Of a stretch of 64,000 bases of DNA, positions 51,049-64,000 are shown in pieces; position 1 is the stretch's first letter, and the number at the start of each line of letters is the position of its first letter. Position numbers and translations under genes: made by a program. The stretch is from Octopus sinensis. Its lineage: Eukaryota. Where the stretch lies: assembly GCF_006345805.1 (NCBI RefSeq), contig NC_043010.1, positions 15,128,001-15,192,000 of the forward strand, in the 5' to 3' direction. The notes under the pieces are model-generated. The model was given only the letters and a program-made list of their open reading frames with translations, searched no databases and was not told where the DNA came from.

Positions 51049-52688
51049 TATGTATGTATATATATATATATATGTTTATATATATATATATTAATATTTA
51101 GCAGATTTGACAGGGTGACTGAAAGTCCGAGTGTCTCTTCGTGCGTTGGCACTTATCAAACTAGTCACACGCCGAAGGCCTGTGGTTTTATATAGTTGTT
51201 GATATAATGGATTCATATATGCATGTGCGTTTGAAGCAGACACAAGCATACTTAAATATACAATATATACCCACTCGTAAGTAAAGGTGTGAGCGCTTCG
51301 AAACGTTGGTCATTTCACATTAAATAACAGCGGAACCATTCACATAACGATTGCTCACATAATGGTTCGCAATACTTCACAATAATAGACAGCAAAAATG
51401 CTATAGTCTCTTACGTGTGTTTGAACGGTTCGTTGCGCTAATTTCAACTTCAGCCATGTATATGGTTGCACTTTCGTTTTGTTTCGTAACTACCTATCAG
51501 CCATTATGAAACAGAGCTATGGCACGTACGTAGGCGGTAGGCTTGGTTTCATGCACAAGTTTGAAACTCTGTAGAAGTTTAATTGAGGATCGTATCGAAC
51601 ATGTGCATCATAAAAGTCTGAGCAAATTGGTGGCCATAGCCGCATCAAATAAGAACATTAAGTTCCGTTGGACTGCAACCGTCAGAGCTAATGATAATGG
51701 AGAATTAGTTGGACATGAAAACTAGGAGATGACGTTAGAGAAGGAAGGTGATTGCGTTGGTATGTAAATTTTTTGATGCGAATGAACGAGTAAAGCTGGA
51801 ATCAAAGTGATTAATGTATTATGGGTGGTAGGTCCTTGATAGATCTATAGCATTGACCACGTTGCTGATACGAAGTTTACATATAGTTTTGAGACTGCAC
51901 AGTCCGAATATAAGAATATATTGACTTCGTTTATTGTATAATTTACGATGACTCATTAGCGGCTTCAACCAACCAATCAATCAAGCAAGCAAACTCTCGC
52001 TCTCTCACTCTCTTGCTCTTATACTCTGTATGTGTGTGTACTTGAGTTTTTGTGTGTGTAAACACGCACACACAGATAGACTGACACACACACTCACTCA
52101 CACACACACACACACACACATGCACACACACACACACACACACACATGCAGACTTACGTATTGAATTATATTCATCCTGTTAATTCTATGAGAAATACAC
52201 AGACGCAGACACACGCACAAACACACACATAACTTCACACTTCCAGACGCAAAGATATATATATATATACATATACGAGTATGTTTTTGCGCTTCAGTAT
52301 TTGTGTGTGCTTATACGCATGTGCGTGTATTTATGTTTATAGGTAAGTTTATAGATCTCAAGATTCAAATTAAAACAGTCTTCATTTATAAGATCGATGC
52401 AAACATTATGAAGCACAAATTGCTACGATCACATTTTGTTATTAAATTTCATTAAACGAGGTGAAAAATATAATTATCGAACGAAATTGACGAAATTACC
52501 ATAAACTTTAATAGAATTTTAATCAAAAATATTAATTATTCATTTACCCTAAAAATAATGATTTGTTAGCAATAAAATTATTCAATTAAAGATAGTCGCA
52601 GTTAGAAATGTATATCTGTATAAAGGATAATATACATTCATATATATATATGTGTGTGTGTCTGTGTGTGTATACATACATGCATACA

Positions 52689-52722
<34 letters not shown>

Positions 52723-52971
52723 CATACATACATACACACATATATACATAAATCAGAAGCACATTTTAACATGGTTTTCTTCACTGTTGGTTAGATAATA
52801 ATATGGATGTAAACACATATCTTTTATTACTACTGAATGCGAAAAAAAAAGGAGGGACTCTACTGTTGAATCATTCCACAGTGTTTCACAGTGTTTCTTT
52901 CCTTATTGTTAGCATGCATCAGCTGCTTATGAAGCAGTCATAAATTAGGTTAGGCTATTAGTGAATCTAAA

Positions 52972-53265
52972 GTGGAGGCACAAGGCCTAGTGGTTAGTGC
53001 AGCGGACTCTGGATCGCGGGTTCGAATCTCAGACCGGGCGATGCGTGTGTTTATGAGCGAAAATACCTAAGATCCACGCGGCTCCGGCAGAAGGTAATGG
53101 CGAAAATACTGCTGACTCTTACGCCACAACTTTCTCTCATTCTTTCCTCCTGCATCTTGCAGCTCATCTGCGACGGACCGGCGTCCCGTCCAGGTGGGGA
53201 ACCTATACGCCAAGAAACCGGGAAACCGGCCCTATGAGCCAGGCATGGCTCGAGAAGGAACAAAC
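52972..53265 (+). mobile_element. SINE family C-related
   Basis: A box AGGCCTAGTGG, B box GGTTCGAATC, core CTGCGACGGACCGGCGTCCCGTCCAGG. Confidence 0.7.
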
Positions 53266-54342
53266 ATTGATTGAGGAAAGAAAATGTTTACATTTTCTTT
53301 AACCGACGATTAACAAACTGTGAAACACTTTTACGTGAGATCCTCTTTCTTTCTTCCACGGACGGGTTTAGGAAGTATCTGAAAGTTGTTTGGCGTACGT
53401 AATCCTTATTACTAAATAAATACATTTAACTTGCTGGATATTACTTGAACGTACTAGATAGGCAAGAGCAATCCTTGCAGAAATCTAACATATGACTACA
53501 TAATATATTCACAAGAATTCCAACCACCCTCTTGCTATAAGCTGAACCAGAGTAGCCAGTACTATTAGAGGGAAGTCCAGTTTGTTTTCCAAAAGACAGA
53601 TCATGGTCAACGTCTGTAAGCTAATTCTCGTTAATAACGCAATAATGATGAATGGTTTTTACTGAGAAGTTTTTAGTATACAAGTAAAATATCTCATCCT
53701 GAAAAAATTGGTAGAATTCACCGTCTTATGTAGATATCTCTGAATATTTTAACAAATTTTAGATAACATTTCCCAAACTGTTACATAATTTTTTTACTGA
53801 CGCATCATTGAAATTTTTGTTAGGAACTTTTACATAAACTTCTAACGAAAGCAAAGGGGGCAGTGTTGTTTCTTGCCGTTAAACAATAGTCAACAGCTGC
53901 TACAACACATCTTGCTACAGGTTCATAACGCATGATTCGAAATGACTAACAGAAACATATTTTCCTCATCGTACGATAACAATCGTTTCCCCATAAAACT
54001 AGTGGAAGTCTCCCGATTTAGAAATTCCGTGTCTCAACGATCAGATAAGATTTTCGGGTCTGCAAAAACCTTGAATAATGTGCAGTTAAGTTACAAACTT
54101 TGAATACAAGTATTTAAGCTTAACACGAATAAATTGTTTATGTGCGCCTTTCTTTTCTTCATACTCCTATATATGTAAGCATACACACATATATATGCAT
54201 ATGAGAAATACATACTCATACATATACACACACAAACAAACACACACGCGTATATATATGTATATATATATGTATATATATATATGTGTGTGCGTGTGTG
54301 TGAGTGTGTATATACTTATCCGTGTATATATATATATACATA

Positions 54343-54411
<69 letters not shown>

Positions 54412-54461
54412 CATATGTATATATATACATATATATACATATATATTTTATATATATATAT

Positions 54462-54574
<113 letters not shown>

Positions 54575-54600
54575 GTATATATACATACATATATATATTT

Positions 54601-54640
<40 letters not shown>

Positions 54641-55074
54641 TATATATGGCTAGAACTTCAATAAGTTGTCAGTACATAAATAATTTCTCTCCGGTATTTT
54701 ATTGAAAATGGTTTGTTATGACCGGCGGCACCAACATACATGCGTGTGTATACGAGTGTTTGCGTACATGTGTGTGTATGAGTGAGCGTATGTACGTTTG
54801 TCTTCTTGTTTGCGCTTGTCAATATATGCGTCCGAGTATGAGGAAACCAAGAAAAATAATTTGCCATACTTATAACAGAGTTTAGTCAATTGTTCGAAAT
54901 TAAGCAAAGTTTCATATTGTCGCTACATTTCATTATTTGTCTTTAGATGTTCTTCAATGAATTTTCTGTAGTATTTTGTACATCGGCGGTCTTAAGACAT
55001 AACATAAATGTGTCTGCGTTAATGTGTTAATAATAATAATTATGAGTTGAGGATCAGGAAAAAGAACTTTGTTC

Positions 55075-55340
55075 CATGGGCCCGGGAACAGGGGGTGCAG
55101 GTGGGGCAAGTGCACCCCCCTAGAATTTTTGTGGAGTGCAGAACCAAAATTTGCAGCCCTACTTATTTTCCTTGGGTTTAGAAAACGGTAAATAAAAAGC
55201 GACGTGTAAAAAGCAGCTAGAAGTTAGGTTCCTTCTCAAAGAACAAAACACAAAAATAACAAAAAAAAAATACCTTTTTTTGTAAAAATTTTTAGACCTG
55301 GGTTTGCACCCCCTAAGCAAATTTCATTCCCGAGCCAGTG
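55075..55340. mobile_element. hAT-like MITE
   Basis: CA...TG termini with 14-bp imperfect TIRs, subterminal GCACCCCC repeats, 8-bp TSD CTTTGTTC / CTTGGTTC. Confidence 0.65.
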
Positions 55341-55774
55341 CTTGGTTCAGTGTACAACAACAATTAACTTGATTCTGGGGAGAGAATTAATGACTACGAA
55401 GTGTACTTACATGTAAGGTTCTATTCTGTTTGTGGTCAGAAAATGATTGTGAAACCCAGTTGTTGTTTAGCTCTGTATCTACTTTCATTCAGTAGATGTT
55501 GTTAACAATGATGTTCAACCACAAATCCCATCTTCTTTCAGTTATAGTTTACCTAGGATTACATTACCCTCTCTTTTTATAACGCACAAATGTTTGCTTT
55601 GAAAAACAACTGGTTATTATTTATGACCTAAACTTGTAACCAGTTGTTTTTGAATGACTTTACAGAAATAAATTTTCCTCATTGTCTGATAACAACCGTC
55701 TCCCTATAAAACTCGTGGAAATCTCCCAATTTAGAAATCCAGTGTCTCAACTATCAGGTAAGCTTTCTGTCTGT

Positions 55775-56098
55775 GGTGAAACCTCCTTGGGTCATGACTG
55801 ACTATGGAATTGCACCTAGAAAGTTACCCTCCGAGGCACAAGTCCGGGCAAGGTTGTTTATGGAAGACCAGCAGTCGCCCATGCGTACCGGCCTCCCCTC
55901 TCCACGCCACCAGTGTCATCCAAGGGAAAGGCTAAGACCGATACAGTTTGGCACCTGTGACGTCGCAACTTATTTCTACAGCTCAGTGAACTGCAGTAAC
56001 GTGAAATAAAGTGTCTCACTCAAGAACACAATACGCAGCCCGGTCCGGTATTCGAACTCACAACCTCGTAAGCTCGACGCTCTAACCATGCGCCTTCA
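55775..56098 (-). mobile_element. tRNA-derived SINE, family D, with 6-bp TSD
   Basis: B box on the minus strand (GAGTTCGAATACC); GTCTGT at 55769-74 and 56099-104. Confidence 0.65.
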
Positions 56099-56761
56099 GT
56101 CTGTAAAACGTTGAATAATGTACATTTAAGTTACAAGCTTTGAATACGAGTATTCAAAAACATTCAAAAAACAGCTGGGTACAATTTCAAGTCATAATGT
56201 GTCTAGGACTGTATTATCTAATGTGCTTTCTTTTTAACACGCTATTATTTGATTTTAAAAATAATAGGTTATTGTTTCTTGTAAATTTAATAAATGCGTG
56301 AAGATTGCTTTGTTGTTTCGCATTAATGCAGTTATCCTTGTGTCTACTATTTGATACTTAAGCGTTTAGGATTTTATACGCCTGACACCAATCAAATGAA
56401 GAAGCGAGTTTCTATTCTTTATTTGTTCATATGGTAGCCCAAAGTAAGCGCTGTTGAGGCTTCGATCTTTTACCCTCAGAGCTCGAAATATATTGAAGGA
56501 GAGAATGATTAAATTCTTTTGACTTCGTTTCACACAAAGTTAAACGAATTCATTGTAATCCTAGTATAATAATCCTGCATGCTGATTTAACATAGTAATT
56601 ATATACAAAAGTGCCTTTATTAAAAACATGCCACTGAGACAATAGTATATGGTATTACTGTAACTGGGTACTGCTAGCAGATTTCATTTATTTGCAGTTC
56701 CGTAGCAAATTCTATACTTTCGAACAATCATTTTAGCTTTGACACATTACTTTTATTCAAT

Positions 56762-57144
56762 ACTAGCAGTATCGCCCGGCGTTGCTCAGGTTTGTAAGGG
56801 AAATAACTATAAAGCATTTTTAGAGAGTTATAGCCAAAAAATAGCAAAAAAATGGAAAAAAATTATGGTAAATTTTTTTTTAGTTAAAAAAGGTGGAGTT
56901 GCGTCCCCTAGACAGTTTGCGGTTTGTGTTTCTGATTCTCGACCCCATGTCGAATTTATCGATTTTTTTCAGAACTGGGGGAACTTTTCAAAATTTTAGC
57001 TGCGTTAGTTTTGAATTATGACATTGGGCTATGTGTGTGTCAAGTTTCATCAGAATCGGTTGAAAGCCGTGGTCAGGGTGAGGGTACAAGCAAACAGACA
57101 CACAGAAAACGCACAGACAAACTGCCGTTTATATAGAGAGAGAT
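56762..57144 (+). mobile_element. Helitron-like element (same subfamily as 1107-1470)
   Basis: Near-identical to 1107-1470 over its length. Confidence 0.55.
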
Positions 57145-57178
57145 CTTACGGCTGTTGTTGATATTGTTATTAAGACAA

Positions 57179-57410
57179 GGCGGCGAGCTGGCAGAAACGT
57201 TAGCACGCCGGGCGAAATCCTTAGCGGTATTTCGTCTGCGTTACGTTGTGAGTTCAAATTCCGCCGAGGTCGACTTTGCCTTTCATCCTTTCGGGGTCGA
57301 TAAATTAAGTACCAGTTACGCACTGGGATCGATGTAATCGACTTAATCCGTTTGTCTGTCCTTGTTTGTCCTCTCTGTGTTTAGCCCCTTGTGGGTAATA
57401 AAGAAACAGG
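57179..57410 (+). mobile_element. SINE family A, full length with 16-bp TSD
   Basis: TATTGTTATTAAGACA at 57162-77 and 57411-26. Confidence 0.85.
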
Positions 57411-57564
57411 TATTGTTATTAAGACACAAATCAGTCATGTCTGAGAGGACCAATAAAATGCTGAACACCTTTTTTAGGATAGCTTATTTATGTCAGGGAT
57501 GGTATATCCATCATTGCTCTAAGCTATATATTTTTTTTCTCGTTTAAAAGAGTAAAACGTGCTA

Positions 57565-57974
57565 CGGTTTGAAAGGCAGTTTTTTTCTAGCGGTGTCATA
57601 TGAAATTGTCACCCATAATTATGACCCTAGTATCGATCTATTGCATTTCAATCTGTTTTAGGGTTAGGGTTAGGGGTGGCGGGAAGGGTATCTTTTTTTT
57701 CTTCACAAATGTAAATAAACCCAATCTGTTTCTTAAACGAGGGACATATTCATACGGCACAAAATGTTTCTTACCTCAATAGACGTAATTGATTGGTTGA
57801 AATTGCAGAAACTGAAGAAAAAAACAACAAATATCTTACAAACTATAGAAATTTCTCATTAAGGCCAAGAGAAAAAGGTGTTTTATAAACACATTCTACC
57901 AGTATACGAAGTTTAAAAGTGTTTAGTTACGTGGAAATTATGTTAAAAAACTGCCGTTCAAACCGAAAAGATCC
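57565..57974. mobile_element. Same MITE family, left TIR eroded
   Basis: Interior and right TIR match 1498-1930. Confidence 0.75.
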
Positions 57975-58363
57975 AATGTTCTTGTTATTTGTGGCAGTTT
58001 GAGCAACCGTGTAGAGGCACCCGTGTTAACTGAAGAATTTATGGAACTTTTGCTGTCGGTAGTGTTTGGAGCTATTTAATCAACATTATCTAATGCACTG
58101 AAAATCGCCAGGCTCGGACGATCTGCCTTTCTTTACTCTTTGTGCTTTAGCTTTGTTACTATACCAAAAGTTCGGATACTTATTGATCAGACCACACACA
58201 CATATATATATAAATAGTTTAGGTCACTCGTATTCTAAAGTAATCGGTATGCAGTGTGTTTCTATTTGTTACTTTTTATTTTCTCTTACTTCGTTTCAGC
58301 ACTGAACTATTTCAAATGAACTGATAAGCTTGTCATGACTTGATTTTGTGTTTCTCTTCTTAC

Positions 58364-58398
<35 letters not shown>

Positions 58399-58799
58399 CA
58401 TGCACACACACACACACACACACAACACACACACACACACACATACACACACACACACACACACATGCACGCACACACACACACACACACATACACACAC
58501 ACACAAACAAACGCACACACACACATATAGATTGATGTATGCAGTTGCTGTCTTGCGAGTCGCTAGTCGGACTTTAAAATGATTATAGTTTTCATCAGGG
58601 TTTCACCTACCTTTCTAAACGTGTATACCTTGAAATTTGAAACTCTGAGCAACAACGTAGAAAGATTTAACCACGTACTTTAAATAACTTTTCTCTACAA
58701 TATTTATTAAATATGTTTTCTCTCATTGCTAAACCAACATTATTTTACGTGTGCATGCTTGCTTGTATTCAAATATACATGGGCATGTCTACGTAAGTA

Positions 58800-60496
<1,697 letters not shown>

Positions 60497-60497
<1 letters not shown>

Positions 60498-60889
60498 TAA
60501 GACGAAGCACAGTATCCAATATAGTGATGCTGATTAAAGATGCTGTGTCAGCTGATGGTTTAGACTGTCTGTCAAATCACACCAAGGACCTCAGGCAGAT
60601 AATACTTTACGTAATATGCATGCAGTGCCAAGTAATGCTGAGTTTTGCAACACACCTAGATTGTAGGATATTTCTAAAGTTTCCACATGCGTTTTCAGGT
60701 TAGGTGGTATCGAGCCCAGTGCTCCGGTGACAATAGGAACAACTTTTATGCTTGAATCTCGTAGCTACCATATCTTGACGATCTCAATTCTAAGGTCTCC
60801 ATATTTATCAGCTTTTTTCTCTTACGTTCATGATATGTTGATCTTCTGGTACAACCAAGTCGATTATTAGGCACTCTGGTTTGTCATAT
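60497..60889 (-). mobile_element. R4/Dong-type LINE 3' fragment in (TAA)n
   Basis: CLIIDLVVPED...KYGDLRIEI...VVPIVTGALG...LLGTACILRKVLSA*. Confidence 0.75.
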
Positions 60890-60909
60890 CATTATTATTA
60901 TTATCATCA

Positions 60910-60945
<36 letters not shown>

Positions 60946-60958
60946 TATTATTATTATT

Positions 60959-61499
60959 GAGTGAGAGAGCAGTTCATGCCATCAAAATGACACTGGGGTA
61001 AAATATACGAAGCCCAGTATACCCATCATGACCACCCGTCTGATAAGGGGACACCAGGCACATGCATCACAACCATATGTGCGCGACATGGTGATCTCAT
61101 ATCAAGATAAACAGCACATGACCTTGCAGGTGGGGCCCAGTTAGAATTTTCTTCAGGTTGAGTAGCCCATCCCGCTCAAAAGGTCCCTGAATAAGGGTTG
61201 TTTAAGGATGTTGAAAGAACCACCCAGGTTTCCAGAGGTGAGTTATTCAAATCCCAAAAATCCCTCTCAACACATGGCTATGATGCTCCCCCACTACTTC
61301 TGCTCGTGATCAGAGATGCACATATCGTCAGCCACTAAGGGACATGCTCAACTGGTTACGGTCAAATAACTGACAAGCAAATCTGTGGTATTGAGCAGAA
61401 TATTTGCTGCAGCCCATCTTTTATACCAAGACAAACCAATGTACATGATAACACTTCCAATCAGTTAAGATCAGAAGCCATGAGAGCCACTGCCTGGTA

Positions 61500-61500
<1 letters not shown>
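60959..61500 (-). mobile_element. 554-bp (TAA)n-targeted element, near-full copy
   Basis: Same sequence and same left junction; lacks ~10 nt at the right end. Confidence 0.7.
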
Positions 61501-61553
<53 letters not shown>

Positions 61554-61570
61554 CATTATTATTATTATTA

Positions 61571-61629
<59 letters not shown>

Positions 61630-61630
<1 letters not shown>

Positions 61631-61903
61631 TGTTTGACTTTTGCTTTACATTTGTACAAGTTGGCTCCAAGTCTCACCCAGATACCTCAAGAGACAACAA
61701 GTTGGAAGTTCACGTTGGTGTTATGCCTAGTGTGCCATAAATTTGGTTTTGTACTTAGTGTTGTACTAGTGAATGTCTAACAAACCATACGAAAATTATG
61801 TTTGTTTTAAAACTTGAGATTATTTTGAAAGTATTTTGCGTAGGATATGAGCAGCTCCCATGAGCACTATCTTTTGAATTTCTGCCAATTTTGACAGAAC
61901 TTT
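61630..61903 (-). mobile_element. R4/Dong-type LINE short 3' fragment in (TAA)n
   Basis: EIQKIVLMGAAHILRKILSK* followed by 3' UTR. Confidence 0.65.
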
Positions 61904-62028
61904 TTATTATTATTATTATTATTATTGAGTGAGAGAGCAGTGCATGCCATCAAAGTGACACTGGGGTAAAATATACGAATCCCAGTATACCCATCATGAC
62001 TACCCGTCTGATAAGGGTACACTAGGCA

Positions 62029-62080
<52 letters not shown>

Positions 62081-62488
62081 GCCTTTGCACAGCTTCTAAC
62101 GCTGGAGATGAACTACAATGTCAGCTGTTCACTACCAGTGAACTAAGGTAATACCTCTTATTTTTCGAGCACTTTCCGAAGTATTCGACCGGTTCCAAGC
62201 AAGTGCTCCACCATTATTGCATGTTTTCTGCAAGTGCTCCACCATTATTGCAACCCCTATTTGTTCCACGTACTTCTCGAGATTTTTGCTCACTGTTCCT
62301 AGGGCTGCGACAATTATTGGTACTACTGCTACCTTTTGCATCGACCAGAACTGCTTAACTTCCCAAGTTAACCTGTCATATCTCTCGACTTTTCTTTCTT
62401 CTTCATCGCATACCTTGTTTTCAGCTGAGTATGCTATATCAATGATCCAGGATAGTTTGTTTTCTTTCTCAATTAAGACTATGTCTGG
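62081..62488 (-). mobile_element. R4/Dong-type LINE 3' fragment in (TAA)n
   Basis: PDIVLIEKENKLSWIIDIA...VAVVPIIVAALGTVSKNLEK (ORF 62132-62341 and upstream). Confidence 0.75.
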
Positions 62489-62493
62489 CTTCC

Positions 62494-62533
<40 letters not shown>

Positions 62534-62625
62534 TTATTATTATTATTATTATTACTATCATCATCATCATCATCATCACCACCACCACCACCACCACCAC
62601 CACCACCGCCACCACCACCAAAACC

Positions 62626-62671
<46 letters not shown>

Positions 62672-62697
62672 ACTACTACTACTACTACTACTACTAC

Positions 62698-62749
<52 letters not shown>

Positions 62750-63301
62750 GAGTGAGAGAGCAGTGCACGCCATCAAAGTGACACTAGAGTAAAATATACG
62801 AAGCCCAGTATACCCATCATGACTACCCGTCTGATAAGGATACACCAGGCACATGCATTTCAACCATATTTGCACGACATGGTGATCTCATATCAAGATA
62901 AACAGCACAAATCCTTGCAGGTTGGGCTCATTTAGAATTTTCTTCAGGTCGAGTATCCCATCCCATTCAAATGGTGCCTGAATAATGGTTGTTTAAGGAT
63001 GTTGAACAAAACATCCATGTTTCCAGAGGTGAATTATTCAAACCCCCAAAATCCCTCTCAACACGTGGCTATGATGCTCCCCCACTACTTCTGCTCGTGA
63101 TCAGAGATGCACATATCGTCAGTCACTAAGGGACATGCTCAACTGGTTACGGTCAAACAACTGACAAGCAAACCTGTGGTATTGAGCAGAATATTTGCTG
63201 TAGCCCATCCTTTATACCAAGACAAACCAATGTACATGATAACACTTCCAATCAGTTAAGATCAGAAGCCATGAGAGTCACTGTCTGGTACTGCATGAGG
63301 G

Positions 63302-63302
<1 letters not shown>
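62750..63302 (-). mobile_element. 554-bp (TAA)n-targeted element, full copy
   Basis: Same sequence and junctions. Truncated copies at 41220-41270 and 61927-62029; internal piece at 63478-63575. Confidence 0.7.
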
Positions 63303-63356
<54 letters not shown>

Positions 63357-63406
63357 ATTATTATTATTATTATTATTATCATTATTATTATTATTATTAT
63401 TATTAC

Positions 63407-63455
<49 letters not shown>

Positions 63456-63782
63456 TATTATTATTATTATTATTATTATGCTCCCCCACTACTTCTGCTC
63501 GTAATCAGAGATGCACATATCGTCAGCCACAAAGGGACATGCTCAACTGGTTAAGGTGAAACAACTGACAAGAAAAACTGATACAGCAGAACCAAACACA
63601 CATCTATCGACGAAGTACAGTAAAATCCACAGAACCATGTCTTCAATATAGTAACAGCGCTCTCTACATTCCAGCATACATTGAAAGTTCCCTTGTGCCG
63701 GAAAAATTCGGTGGTGACAACAGTGAAAGAGAGCGAGAGAAACCTATCCAGAGCTTGGCGGTAGCCATCCATCTGGAAGCAC

Positions 63783-64000
63783 TCCGTCGGTTACGACGAT
63801 GAGGTTCCGGTTGATCCGAATCAACGGAACAGACTGCTCGTGAAATTAACTTGTAAGTGGCTGACCACTCCACAGACACGTGCACCCTTAACGTAGTTCT
63901 CGGGGATATTCAGCGTGACACAGAGAGTGACAAGGCCGGCCCTTTGAAGTACAGGTACAACAGAAACAGGAAGTAAGAGTGAGAGAAAGTTGTGGTGAAA
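63783..64000 (-). mobile_element. 3' part of another SINE-like repeat, running off the window
   Basis: GC-richer block with terminal hairpin GTTCCGGTTGAT/ATCAACGGAAC; recognised from memory only. Confidence 0.4.

Noticed and set aside
52972-53040. tRNA genes at SINE heads
   Set aside because: A/B boxes continue into SINE bodies; no full cloverleaf.

Overview
Eukaryotic, AT-rich, microsatellite-saturated intergenic or intronic DNA. The SINE families and repeat landscape look like an Octopus genome; this is from recognition, not a database search. There is one 100-N scaffold gap at 19075-19174. No intact protein-coding gene is supported, and almost all long ORFs in the track are translations of microsatellites. 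Recognisable content: a degenerate Ty3/Gypsy element lacking integrase, three mariner remnants, CR1-type and R4/Dong-type LINE 3' ends, at least four tRNA-derived SINE families, Helitron-like elements and several MITEs. The most interesting signal is RNA-structural. There is a complete type I hammerhead ribozyme (HHR) at 15060-15109 inside a TG...CA LTR-like segment. Several (TA)n-anchored short repeat families also carry minimal Penelope-type HHRs with compensatory stem changes. Several of these elements end, or fold back into palindromes, at or next to the ribozyme core. Secondary themes are (TAA)n-targeted retroelement landing pads, local templated insertions with long flanking duplications, and a covarying LINE/SINE 3' stem-loop.
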